A program made the position numbers and the translations under genes. From Macrostomum lignano (taxonomy: Eukaryota): a DNA stretch of 64,000 nucleotides. Location: NCBI GenBank assembly GCA_002269645.1, contig NIVC01003586.1:1-64000 (forward strand), given 5' to 3'. Shown here one piece after another: positions 21,560 to 34,557 of the stretch. The notes under the pieces are model-generated. The model saw nothing but the letters and a program-made list of their open reading frames with translations. It was not told the DNA's origin and searched no databases. Each line of letters starts with the position of its first letter. The stretch's first letter is position 1.

Positions 21560-22903
21560 ATTTGAGTCGTTTTTGTGCTTTTGTTACTGATTAAAGCTAA
21601 GCTCCAACAATGATCCAGTGATAGCCTACATGCGTGCGTTGCTCCGATCGCATTACAGTTTCAAGCAAAATTTTGTCAACTTTCGATAAAATATCTGCGG
21701 CCTCATATTATTTTGGCGTCAAGCATTTTAAGCTCTGCAGATAATCAAAGCGTTGAAAGATAAAGCGACCAAACCCCAAGCTTTATCTGTCCCGCGTTTG
21801 CATAATTTTTCTTTTCCTACATAGCTCTCTCGAGCTTTGCTCTGCTTCCACAGTCAGAAATTAACTCACAACCATGCATAAGTTTAGTGAAGTGTTCGAA
21901 TTGCATATAGTGAATTCAGAATGACGTCAATTAACTCGTCGGCTTTAACCTCAATTGCGTAAATTTATATGTAAATCTAAATGCATGCACTGTAGCCTTA
22001 TTTACATGAATACATGCACACAAAAATCACTGAATGTACAAATCTAAATGTACATGTGCAAGGTACATTGTCATTCGAAAGCCTTTCATCATTACTCTAT
22101 TTTACATGGGTGTGCAGGCTCAATGATTAGTGCCGATTACGTTTTTTTCCAGAGACATTGCATTGCAATTTAGCAAACGAATCATCACAGTGTGAATTCT
22201 AACGCCTTGAATTTTACCGACCGAGTTGCCGCGCGTCAACACGTACTTTTATACCGGAAAATCTTAAACAGTTTTCCTGAATTTCTCTTGCAGCTGGCTG
22301 TCACCACTCGCGAATTAGTTAATTTTAATTGGCTCTTCTCTGGCCGGCACTCCCGGGCCTGCATGCACGTTGCTATGAATCAGCAATAATGTACATTTAT
22401 GATATATGTAGAATAATAAATGTATGGTTTACATTTACTGTAGTCTATCAGACCACTATATAGTATACTATTCATATACACACTAGCTGTACCCTGTACA
22501 ATGTATGCTGCGTAGTACAAATGTACAAAATGAGTTTTATGTATAAATTAAATGTATAGGATTTTATTAGAGGCGCATGCAGCTACAACTGTACCATCTT
22601 AAAACTCGAGATTCTAAAACGGTGAAGGAATGATAAGCTGAAGCCTGTAGGGTTTGCATCACTTTGTTGTCCAAAGTCTTATTGCCACTTACATATGTAT
22701 TCGACACCGTCCCACTTTAAGCTGCAGTTCGAAGGCAACAAATTATCCTCATTTTACATTAATTTTTAAATTCCATGCATCCGAAATCATAATCCTGCTT
22801 CTTAAACCTAAAAATCAATATTTAAGTAAGTCAACTTAAACACCTTTCCAAGGACGATTTGAATTGTACGTCCCCAACTAGCCAGGACTGGCTGGTTAAT
22901 TAA

Positions 22904-24416
22904 CAGTAGGAATACCAAGCCATTTTTCCGCCCGTCGAACTACCAAGAGGGGGGGAAAAATTTCCCCCCTCCTGACAATTTTTTTTGCTGCGCCGGAACG
23001 GAGCAACGCAGGCACACGAAATTCAAGAACACCGGCAAACTTTTTGTTGCACACCTTCTCAAACAAGAATCAAGTCGCCAGCCCTCCGGACCGTCGAGAT
23101 ATTCGACGATTCTGCCAGAAGGTCGGATTTTTCCCATAAGCGCTAGTGTATTCAGTACACCCCTGTGCGCCAAATAGCACTGCGCCTCAGTGCAGCCTTG
23201 CCAAGTCTCCAAATTTCATCAGCACGTCGACCAAATGTGTCTGCATCAGCTCTGACTTCGTTGGTTACTGGCCTTCACCGAGACGGAGCTTCTAGACCTT
23301 CAACAGGTGGCACCAGGTGACTATGAACACCTTGATGCGAATTTCTCGAGTTTCACCGATCGAGCCTCGACAGTAGGCAAGCCTCAACTGCCGAACACCC
23401 TCAGCTAGTCTCCTGAGCATTCCGTCATCATCCCAACACCGTCGGCACCTTCAACAGGTGGCATCAGGTGACTATGGACGTCCTTTTGCAACTATGTCAG
23501 GTCTTTCTTATCAAGCTTTAATAATGGGCAAACCTCAACCGACGGACATTGTCAGCTAGTCTCTCAAGCATTCCGTCATCATCCCGACGCCGTCGGCTCC
23601 TTCAACAGATGACACCAAGTGACTATGGACACCCTGATGCGAATTTCTCTAGTTTCGCCGATCAAGCCTCGACAGTAGACAAGCCTCAACTGCTGGACAC
23701 CTTCAGCTAGTCTCCTAAGCATTCCGTCATCATCCCGACACCGTCGGCACCTTCAACAGGTGGCATCAGGTGACTATGGACGTCCTTTTGCAACTATGTC
23801 AGGTCTTTATTATCAAGCTAGAGAAATTAGAGAAACTAGAAACTAGAAACTAGAGAAATTCGCATCAGGGTGTCCATAGTCACTTGGTGTCATCTGTTGA
23901 AGGAGCCGACGGCGTCGGGATGATGACGGAATGCTCAGGAGACTAGCTGAGGGTGTCCGGCAGTTGAGGCTTGCCTACTGTCGAGGCTCGATCGGTGAAA
24001 CTCGAGAAATTCGCATCAAGGTGTTCATAGTCACCTGGTGCCACCTGTTGAAGGTCTAGAAGCTCCGTCTCGGTGAAGGCCAGTAACCAACGAAGTCAGA
24101 GCTGATGCAGACACATTTGGTCGACGTGCTGATGAAATTTGGAGACTTGGCAAGGCTGCACTGAGGCGCAGTGCTATTTGGCGCACAGGGGTGTACTGAA
24201 TACACTAGCGCTTATGGGAAAAATCCGACCTTCTGGCAGAATCGTCGAATATCTCGACGGTCCGGAGGGCTGGCGACTTGATTCTTGTTTGAGAAGGTGT
24301 GCAACAAAAAGTTAGCCGGTGTTCTTGAATTTCTTGTGCCTGCGTTGCTCCATTCCGGCGCAGCAAAAAAAATTGTCAGGGGGGGGGATTTCCCCCCCCC
24401 CTTGGTAGTTCTACTG
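22904..24416. mobile_element. Foldback-type element with about 500-bp inverted arms and internal 151-bp repeats
   Basis: 22937-23430 is the reverse complement of 23930-24410; ends ttaa|cagtag..ctactg|ttaa; units start at 23297, 23448, 23599, 23750. Confidence 0.85.
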
Positions 24417-25863
24417 TTAATGTAAGAGCAGGCCTGTATGTTAAAACTAAAACTAACAACAATTCACCTTCTAAACAATATACAGTATATAGACAAACCG
24501 GTGAGGGTAAATTTATCCAAATTTAAATTTTCTACGTTTAAATAACTTTTATTGTACTGATGAACTTCTAAAGACGAATCTCAGAAAGATTTTTGTTAAA
24601 CACTGGCACTACTTTCTAAGATTTTTTCGTTACAAAACCGAATTGTGGGTTTCTCAGAGTTATTCTGACTTTTCTCTGAATACTTCTGAATTTTCATTGA
24701 CCTTCGCCATAATTTCACTAGACGAAATGCAAAATGTCCTGTTTTGTTCTGTAGATGCCCCAAAGTATATACCGCGTGTCCGATTTCGCTATTTACTCTG
24801 TTATGCACCTTCTGACATTCTCACTACCACCTTCTTGATGCATGAATTTTAGGCAATGGCTAGAGTTCTGGCACTGCCCACTGGAACCCATTTTCTAACG
24901 GTTATGGATCCGGCAGTGGTATTCCAGTAGTGCAATTTATGGGTACAGGCCTAATATAGCAGAAACATTTTACTTTTTTAATGGGTGGTTTATAGGCCCT
25001 ATTGAGATTTTGTTCAAGATAAGATCAAAATGAAACAAAGATATTCAAAATAAGATACTTTGAATTATCTTATATATATATATTAAATAAGATACTCAGA
25101 ATTGTGTTCTGGTTCTAGAATTTGGATCAAGAAATTTTCTCAATCCATTGTCATGTTTATACTTTAACAGTAAAATATATTTGAAATTGTCAATTTTTTC
25201 ATTATTGTTAAAAATATATAAATATTCCATTTTTTGTCATATCCAATAAGAAACAAAGTCAAAGAAAGACAAAAAAATTATAAAAACTGACAAACATAAA
25301 TTAGGCCTAGGTTTGAAGCTTTTCATTTTCCTACTAGGCCCTAATTTTGGTTCTGGAATTGGAATTATTTTGGTTCTAGAACCAATCTTTGTAAAAAGCC
25401 TTATTGCAACAACACTTGAAAACCCCAACCAATGAACCAAAAAAACAAGGCTTAAGAATCTTAATAGGACCTATTTATTATATTATATTAATTAGAAATG
25501 TTATTTAAATTTAGAAGTTAAGCCTAATTTTCAATTTTCATTGTATCTATAAAGTAGATCCATATGTAATTCCTAGAACATAGATAAATTTACTAAAAAA
25601 ATAGTAACAAATTACTGCTACACCTATAATTAGGAAAAAGGCATATATGCTATAAATTTTTGGTGTAGGTCTATACTCAAGAATAGTGATAGATCTATTC
25701 AATAGATAGTACGTAATACTAATACTAATACTAAAAAGTATAGTGCTTTTGAAGTGAAAAGAAGGATTATAAAGCAAAATCAAATTGATTTTAAAGCAAA
25801 ATCAAGAAACTGTTTTACCAATCGCTTAATTGTAACATCATAGTTGTTTTTCGGTTCGCCAAA

Positions 25864-26220
25864 GTGGGTGACTTCGTTGGCCAGTTAAAATTGCATGTCC
25901 CCCATGCTCTGCGTGCTGGTGTCGTCTATCAATTCAACTGCTCTCTTGACCAGAGCGTCTCCTACGTGGGGAAAACTAAAAGACACCTACACACCAGAAC
26001 CAGGGAGCACTGGCTCAAACCGTCTGCTATACAAGATCACTTACTGCATTGTAGTAGCTGCTCTAACTGCAACCCAAACGAGCACTTTAAAATCATTGAC
26101 CAATGTCAGTCAGACTTCAAACTTAGAATTCTTGAGGCCATGCACATAAAAGCCCAGTCACCCAGCCTAAATACACAACTCCAACATAGTGGCATGGGTC
26201 ACCTACTCCGTGTCTTTTGA
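25864..26220 (+). mobile_element. 5'-truncated Penelope-like element, GIY-YIG endonuclease fragment
   Basis: GVVYQFNC..SYVGKTKRHLHTRTREH..SAIQDHL..LRILEAMHIKAQSPSLNTQ. Confidence 0.88.
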
Positions 26221-26400
26221 TGAGAGAGAGTACTGGGTGTACATTCTTTCCGCCCCTGGACTTCACTTTGCCATATGGACTAACTCATGTGTTCTCCAAT
26301 ATTGATTTGTTCAATAATTTTTCTAATTGTTCTTGTTTACCTACAACCAACTCCACATATTTATTCGAAAAACCTGTTTAATTTCGTTGTTTAAAAAATA

Positions 26401-26438
26401 AACCTGAAGATGCACCTAGGAGTGCGAAACGCGTCGTT
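26401..26438 (+). ncRNA. Minimal type I hammerhead ribozyme of the Penelope pseudo-LTR
   Basis: aac-CTGAAGA-t-GCAC ctagga GTGC-GAAAC-gc-GTC-gtt: conserved core, stem II, palindromic stem III. Confidence 0.8.
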
Positions 26439-28134
26439 ACTTACATTATGTTGATTTGCGGATTCATTTTCCTTTTACTAGCCAAGCAAGCTACACTACC
26501 CAATCTATACATGGTAAGTTATCAAATTGCACAAACGTAATGTCAGTTAGTATTAGTAATTGTGCTTAGAGTAGATATAAAAGAATTGAGTTCAATTCTG
26601 AGTTTAATTCAATTCAGATACTAGATAAATATAGTATAAGCCCAAGATTAGACTGAATCTTGTCAGTAAATTAATGTACAGCACTAATACAATTATTAAT
26701 TAGATGACAAGGAATTTTTGTCACAGAAAGGTGTCATAGTTACTCTTGCATTTGGTCCATCACTACTCAAGAAATTAACATATATGTTGGTATACAAAAA
26801 GTGATTTTCTATTTTTTGTATGACACGCATAAAATTGAAAATTACAATACTAATAACAACTATAATAGTTGTCTATACATTATTAATAACATTTCAAATT
26901 GACAATATGAAGCTTAATAAAAGGTAATTTATTTGGCATATAATATTAGTATATTCTAAAAAATAGATTATTTTTTCTAGGGTACATTTAGAATGTTCCT
27001 AATTATAGAACTACTATATTTATATATTCAATATTAGGCCCTAGGTACTATAGTTTAATTATAATAATGCCATTGATCAACTCCATTGCTTGCAAATACT
27101 GTCTTAAACAAGGGCTGCACTTTGCACTAGAAACCTTTTATTCTGTGAGATAATGCATATCCTTATGCTATTGTTTATATAAAAGTAAAAGTAAGAGTTA
27201 AGCTTTTTTTTCTAAAAATATTGCAAATCTTCATCTTTTTTTAAATATTTTCTTGACTCCTTAGGAAATGATTAGTGCCAACAGCAAATCCCTAAACCTA
27301 GTGTTCTATTGCTATACCTCTGTACCTTTATAGCCATAGCCATACTAAATTTTACCATGCTATCTCTGTAGCTGTAATTTGTTATTTTCTAGATAGTCAA
27401 ATCTCCATATTCCAAAATTTCCTATAGCCATAATTTAAATCAACAAAATTAACAAAATAATTGATTTCAAAAACCAAAAAGCAAAAATTTGAAGCCAAAG
27501 CAAAAGCAATCAAGCAAACAGTGAAAACTTTCAAATTTAATGGCTTTTAAGGCCTAGTTTGGTACAATAAATATAAATACATTTATATGCAAAAGGCAAT
27601 AATGTATCTTTTTATTTAGCCAAGAATATAAAATTTAAAATGAAAAAAGGTAAATAATTTTTTGCATATAAAAAAAAATTCAATTTAGTTTAGAAATTAC
27701 ATAAGGTGCTCCAAATCTATAATCCATAACTGTATCTGCCACTAAGCAAGATTTCCATAGCCACTATATAATCGAATTGTGCTAAAAAATGCTACCCCAA
27801 ATTTTCCCATAACTGTAGCTGCAGTTACAGTAGAGCATTACCTAAGCCAGATAGATGCCACTTTTGAGAGACTCTTTGACAAGCTGATTGAGCACTATTA
27901 ACAGTGCATCTTCATGAATGGTGAATATCTGTGATGACAGCAACAGCAATGGGGAATATTTTGGGCAAAAATTGTTTTAATATAATATTTGAACTTAACC
28001 ATTGAAATTGCATAAAACTAACACTACCCTTTCCTAAAGACTTAGTTATAGTTGTATCTAAACTTCCAGCTTCCTTGAGCATTTGTGTAAAAAATGGTGA
28101 CCTCTGTCCTGAAAAACTTTTGAGACAACCTCTG

Positions 28135-28729
28135 GTATTGCTTTTGACGCTCTAACATTCTGACACTCTGACATTCAAAATAAGACTGCATAGGATCGCA
28201 AGCAAGGCCAGGCTAGCCACGGCCAGAGCAAGCCCAGTCTTGGCTGCAGGGATGGCTTGGCCATAGACTAAAAAATGGAATATCAAAATGAGAATAAGAC
28301 GCTCAATATGAGACCGGGAGTGAACGTAATTTATTTGCTTTTTGGCAGTCACCATACAAACAGCTAAGGAGAAATTAGGCAATAAACAAGAAGCAGAATA
28401 GCATATCGAAATGTTTAGTCCATCACTGAAGTCAGCCTGGCGGACTGCGTTAGAAGGCCATTCGATTTAAGGACATGCCAAAGTGCCTCTGACAGTGGAG
28501 TCCCAACTGAGGGTCAGAGGGTTAGAGCGATGTCTGAAGGCTTTCACACTCAGTTTCGTATTGAGCGTCTTATTCTCATTTTGATATTCCATTTTTTAGT
28601 CTATGGCCAAGCCATCCCTGCAGCCAAGACTGGGCATGCTCTGGCCGTGGCTAGCCTGGCCTTGCTTGCGATCCTATGCAGTCTTATTTTGAATGTCTAA
28701 AGTCTTATCTAGAGCGTCAAAAGCGATAC
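28135..28729. mobile_element. MITE-like element with about 175-bp TIRs, 205 bp upstream of the IYD start
   Basis: 28135-28311 is a near-perfect reverse complement of 28556-28729; no TSD identified. Confidence 0.8.
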
Positions 28730-28934
28730 TTTGGCTCTAACTATTGTATTTCATAGTATAATTAATTTGTTGAAGTATGTAAATGCTTAGGTTTTTAGCA
28801 AGTTTTGCATATATGATGATAGTAAACATTCAAATAAGGGTAAAACCAGGCCTGATCTTGTTCATGCTTAAAAAGCAAACAAATTGAATTGCAACTCCAG
28901 TAATATTTGACTGCCTAGTTGGAACCTGCCAACC

Positions 28935-30506
28935 ATGACGGACGCATTCACACTGTGGAGTCTGTTCAAGGATTCCACCACGCTGCAGGCCGTGCTGGGC
29001 TCGCTCATCGGCTTTCTAGTGATGCACCTGTTCCAGCAGCGCAGGACCGCCGTGCCGAACATGCCCATGGACGAGAGGCTCATGCCAGGGTACAGGGGCG
29101 GCCTGTCCGCTGCTACAATGCCCAGCGATCTACCATTTAGCATGGGCTCAAAGTCGCAGAAGACAAAGAATTCTAAGCAACCCGAGAAGCAGAAGCAGAA
29201 AAGTCAGCAAGCCGACCAGAAGGCTACGCAGAAGCGGACAGCCGAGCTGGAGCGCAAATTGTTTGAGATGCTGGTCGAAGAGGATGATAGCGAGGACTCC
29301 GACGAGCAGCGGGGGGAAGGCAGAATGCCAGCGCGGAAGCAGCAGCAGCAACAGCAGAAGCAGAAATCAAAGCCAGCAGCGACTTTAAAACAAGCGCCGC
29401 AAAGCGAGCTCAGGCGTCGGCGAGGCCGCCCCCCGGTTGTGGATGAATCAGTCGATCCGGAAGAAGATGACGACGAAGATGAAGAAGAAGCTGGGGAATC
29501 TGAAGACAAGACAGACAAAGACAGTTCGGAGCAGTCAGCTGGTGAGGAGGCGGAACTCAGCCTGGTGCCGTATTCCAATGTCGCCTATTCCGAAGCCGAG
29601 ATGTTGAAACGGGCGACCGACTTTGCCAACTTGCTGAGCCGCAGACGCTCGTGCCGCCAGTTCAGTGAGCGGCCGGTGGACCCCGAAGTGGTGCGGCTGC
29701 TGGTCACAGCGGCCGGCTCCTCGCCCAGCGGCGCCCACACCGAGCCCTGGACCTACGTGTGCGTCACTAACGAGCTGATGAAGCGGCGCATCCGGGAGAT
29801 TGTGGAAGAGGAAGAGGAGATTAACTACGCCAGAAGGATGAGCGCAGAGTGGAAGGCGGACTTGGCTAAACTGCGGACTAGCTGGGAGAAGCCGTATCTT
29901 ACTGAGGCTCCGGTTATTGTTGTGCTTATGCGACAGGTACGCAAGTTAGTGCTCGATGCACTTTTTTGTGTGATGGTTGCCTTGCTACTAACGAGTAGCA
30001 AGAAAAGGATGCGAATCAAATTTCTTACAGAGCAATAAAAAACACTAAAATGTGGGTTTAACCTCTTTTTGGACAAAATTAGAAGTCTGTATGTACATTG
30101 ATTCTTTTCAATCTGAACTCAGACGTGAGAGAGGTAGCTCAGCCACTGCAGAACTGAGAGATAGCAGCCCACTGAAAGATAAATATTGGATAGCCCATAA
30201 CCACCTTGAAATGCAATTGGACAGGTGCACGGCTGGCGCAGCGGTCGGGAGGAGAAGCGACAGCACTATTACTCGGAAATCTCGGTTAGCATCTCAGCCG
30301 GATTATTCCTGGCCGCTGTGCAGAATGTCGGCCTGTGCACTTTAACCAGCACGCCGATGAACGCCGGGCCAGCGCTTCGCCGACTGCTCGGCCGGCCGCC
30401 CAACGAGAAGGTGCACCTGCTTCTGCCGCTTGGCTACGCGGCCCACAATGCCCAGGTGCCTAATCTGACTCGCAAGCCGGTGGAAAAAATCATGGTTAAT
30501 ATATAA
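28935..30506 (+). CDS. IYD: Iodotyrosine deiodinase (nitroreductase fold), 2 exons, 427 aa
   Basis: Exons 28935-29936 and 30225-30506; N-terminal TM anchor; RRSCRQFS, SPSGAHTEPW, EEEEEINY, EKPYL, HYYSEISVSISAG, TLTSTPMN. Confidence 0.95.
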
Positions 30507-30724
30507 TGACCTTGTCAGACTACTGGGCCACTCCATTTTTAAGTAGCTAGATTTGAGTTTTAAATGAGCAGCTTCTGATTAATCATTTTTCGCAATTTTG
30601 CTGCGTTTCATTACTCAGAATATCACATTTTGTAATTTTCTTTGATCATTATAATGCTTTTATAACGTGCTGCTTGGGCCTCCACTTAATGAGGCCACCA
30701 CCAGCACCTTGGCGCACCCTGGCG

Positions 30725-30817
30725 CACTTTAAGCGACACTGTCACACAACCGGCGAGTGGCACATAGGCGCGCGGGTACGTACGCACAGGCACAGGAGTG
30801 TACAGCGGCCCTAACTT
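30725..30817 (-). mobile_element. 3' fragment of SINE family A
   Basis: tttaagcgacactgtcacacaaccggcgag..caggagtgtacagcggccctaact shared with 3572-3710. Confidence 0.7.
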
Positions 30818-32335
30818 TCCACTCTGCTACGGCCCCTGTCCGCTGCCGCTTATTAATTAGTTATAAGTTTTACTGCTTTATCCTTAATAGCTTACACATT
30901 AGTTAATGCGAGCTATACTTATGTCATATTTTATTGTGACAATGTGCTATCCATTCCATGCACGTACATACGCATGCTATTCACTTGTGCTGATGCTAAA
31001 TACACTAAGCAGGTATTCATCTAAAATCATGGAAATGCAGTGGAAGGGGCGCTAAACTCGATTTTCCTAGAAAAGATCTGGAAAAGAAGAGAAATCGTTT
31101 TTTCTCAACCGAAATTGTCTATGGCAAAACCTCTTTCAGCGCTGTGCGGTACTACAAATAAAGGTTCCTTGACTGCTTTCAGCTTATTTCTAAGAAATCA
31201 AACGTAGCGTTCTTCCACTTGGCTTGTCTATGCGCAAAACAAGTAAATAATGAAGCAGTTAAAGTTTTTTAATTAGTTATTTTAATTATTTCATAGTAAG
31301 AAGTAGCTTTAAATTATAAAAGCAAAAAATCTTTACACGCTGTTAAGTTGCACCAGCAGATATATTTCTGCTTCTCTATATGAACAAGCAGCAATAAAAT
31401 TAGAGAATTTCATTTCTATTCTCGCAGAAATATTTATAAAAAGACAGTCTTTACAGGTAAATATAGAGAGCGAAGTCGAGCAAAAGCAAAAGAACTTCAT
31501 CTCAGTTCTTTGTTGAAAATATAAACTGCTACAAGCAAAGAATATAATACTTTTATTATGATGATGGAGCATTTTATACAAAGAATCCTTAAAAGACGCG
31601 ACAGGGGAAATACAGACGGGCCAACGCTCGATGCGGGCGAATCATCGGTGAATCTGAAGTTTATAATTTTATAATAATAAAGCACCTGGTGCTTAAGCTC
31701 GTCTAATCTAAATAATCTAGAAACAAAGGACATGCAGAGTAAGCGATTCGAAAATGATGAGTTTAATTTTGAATTAAAGCACACTAATCAATAGCAAGAT
31801 GAGCTGGCAGCTTCTTAGTAGTTCTGTCAGTTTATAAGTTAATCATTAGGGCCATCAAGATAAGAATTCCCACTCCAAGCTGCAGTCTCCCACAGACTGC
31901 AAGCCAAACACAATCAAGTAAAGAATTGCTATTCGCGCATGGTGACCAAAGATCATCTATCCACAAGATGGGATAAGTGTCCTAAAAAATCCCCGTAAAA
32001 ATTTGTCAGCTCAATATGACAAAAAAGCTTTAACTATGCGAGACAATGGCATTAGTATTAATGAGACTGACAGACAAAAGCACTGGCGATTGTACAAAGC
32101 AATGGTTGGCAGGTAGGTATTCGGTGTTAAAGTCGCAGACAAATCTAGATAGCCAAAATTAGAAAACCGATTCTCTCTCTATATTGCACTTTTTTCAAGT
32201 ACATTTTCGTTTTTTTACCTCTACGAGCGAAGTTGGCGGTCTAAAGGGTGCTTACCAGTAACTCACCCTGCGCGAGAAAGATTAGGGGAGGTGGGTGTTC
32301 ATATGACCTCTGGGAAACTGCAAAAGCATTCAGCC

Positions 32336-34557
32336 TCAATCCAGGACTAGACTGACCAGCAGGCCGTAGTGATCAGAAGTGTGCATCTGCAGGCCTGGCG
32401 GCCTGTCCCGCCCGCACAGCTCGAACCTATCAACTGTCATGCCGCGCACTAGCAGGCGATCGGGCCGGTAACTGGACCGCATCAAACGGCCAATACAGCG
32501 CCGGCCGCAACGCCGGCCAGCGTTCACATTTTTAGCTGCGTCCCACGTGTACTTTTCACCTTTGGGCCGGCCGCTGGCCTCCCACGCGTCCGAGACCGTA
32601 TCGGGCAGGCCGCCCGCCGATTTCAGCTCGTCGCTGCACATTATATTGAAATCGCCGCCTGTTTGTTTTATTGAATCGGATGGTTTTGTTATAGCGGAAT
32701 GGCGAACAGATTCTGATTTGAACATAATTAGAACATAAAGTTTATCAGCTAAGCTGGTCATTCATTTATTTTTGTCATTTTATTATTATTGGGATTCTTC
32801 GGACTAATTAAGACTTTTATCAATCGTCAAAGTTAAGTACTCTGTAAACATTGAGTCTGCAAGAAGTCTACAGACAGAATCCTATTTACCTGAGATCTCA
32901 GCAATTCCACTCAAGCCTCGACACCTCAGCAATTCCCCCAAGCCTTGACATCTCAGCAATTCCACTCAAGCCTTGACATCTCAGCAATTCCACTCAAGCC
33001 TTGACATCTCAGCAATTCCACTCAAGCCTTGACATCTCAGCAATTCCACTCAAGCCTTGACATTTAAGCAATTCCACTCAAGCCTCGACACCTCAGCAAT
33101 TCCCCCAAGCCTTGACACCTCAGCAATTCCCCCAAGCCTTGACATCTCAGCAATTCCCCCAACCCTTGACATTATAGCAATTCCCTCTGTAAGCCTTGAA
33201 ATTATTATAGCAATTCCCCCTGTAAGCCTTGACATTATAGCAACTCCCCCTGTAAGCCTTGACATTATAGCTATTCCCCCTGTAAGCCTTGACATTATTA
33301 TAGCAATTCCCCCTGTAAGCCTTGACATTATTATAGCAATTCCCTCTGTAAGCCTTGACATTATTATAGCAATTCCCCCTGTAAGCCTTGACATTATAGC
33401 AACTCCCCCTGTAAGCCTTGACATTATAGCAATTTCCCCTGTAAGCCTTGACATTATAGCAATTTCCCCTGTAAGCCTTGACATTATAGCAATTTCCCCT
33501 GTAAGCCTTGACATTATAGCAATTTCCCCTGTAAGCCTTGACATTATAGCAATTCCCTCTGTAAGCCTTGACATTATAGCAATTCCCCCTGTAAGCCTTG
33601 ACATTATTATAGCAATTCCCCCTGTAAGCCTTGACATTATTATACCAATTCCCCCTGTAAGCCTTGACATTATTATACCAATTCCCCCTGTAAGCCTTGA
33701 CATTATTATACCAATTCCCCCTGTAAGCCTTGACATTAAAGCAATTCCCTCTGTGAGCCCTGACATTATTATAGCAATTCCCCCTGTAAGCCTTGACATT
33801 ATTATAGCAATTCCCCCTGTAAGCCTTGACATTATTATAGCAATTCCCCCTGTAAGCCTTGACATTATAGCAATTCCCCCTGTAAGCCTTGACATTATTA
33901 TAGCAATTCCCCCTGTAAGCCTTCACATAGAAATACGTAGGCTATGCTGCTCTTAAAAAGTTTCTTAGAAATCGGAGAGAACTTTTGAATTGTTTGCGCT
34001 CACCAAGCAGGGAGCGGGTCGCGGCAGACGAGGTCATGGCGCGCAGACAGGTGACCAGCTGGGCGCGCCGTTCGGCAGTCTGAGAAGCGCCAGATTCCAA
34101 ATGACAGTTGAACAGCCGGGCCTGCTTGTCGCCAAGCTGCACATTGCAGGCCAGCAGACAGCGGCCCATTTTAGAATTGTCTAACGGCAGGACCCGACAG
34201 TCCAGGCACTGCACAGAATCTTTGATCAGGGTGGCCACAAAATAATGGTCTGTGTGACCGCCCGGCAGCAGGCGATAGTTGCTTAGCCGCTGAAGCAGCT
34301 GGTCAAAGCTGGCGGGCACGACCTCCTGAAGCAGGGCCACGTGAACATCGTGCGCCAGGATGCAGTTGGCCACAGATTCTGTGCGCACTGCCAGCTGCTC
34401 CGAGTTGAGCCCCTCAGTGTTCCACAACAGCACGCGTAGTGTCATCGCACCTGCGCCGGCTAAATTGAGTGATGACAAAACGTCTAGCAGAAGTTACAGT
34501 GCTCTACTATTTACACTTCAGTATGTATCCAAATAAATGCTTACCTATATTATCCAT
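32336..34557 (-). CDS. TDP2: Tyrosyl-DNA phosphodiesterase 2 (EEP family)
   Basis: Exons 34004-34459 and 32336-32658, with a probable small upstream exon 34545-34594 (MDNI); motifs WNTEGL, LQEV, HLES, GDFN, TWD..NVN, SDH; splice phases consistent; 5' end uncertain. Confidence 0.9.
32895..33925. repeat. 1-kb intronic minisatellite grading from 28-bp (gacatctcagcaattccactcaagcctt) to 30/33-bp units (gacattatagcaattccccctgtaagcctt)
   Basis: Direct observation. Confidence 0.95.

Noticed and set aside
23290-23820. CRISPR-like repeat/spacer pattern
   Set aside because: The spacers are themselves repeated (A-B-A-B), the units are 151 bp, the context is eukaryotic and there are no cas genes
33050-33956. 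Long repetitive ORFs in three frames
   Set aside because: Intronic minisatellite of TDP2; the units simply lack stops. The same applies to 3936-4379, 55621-56140, 58682-59323 and 60043-60813
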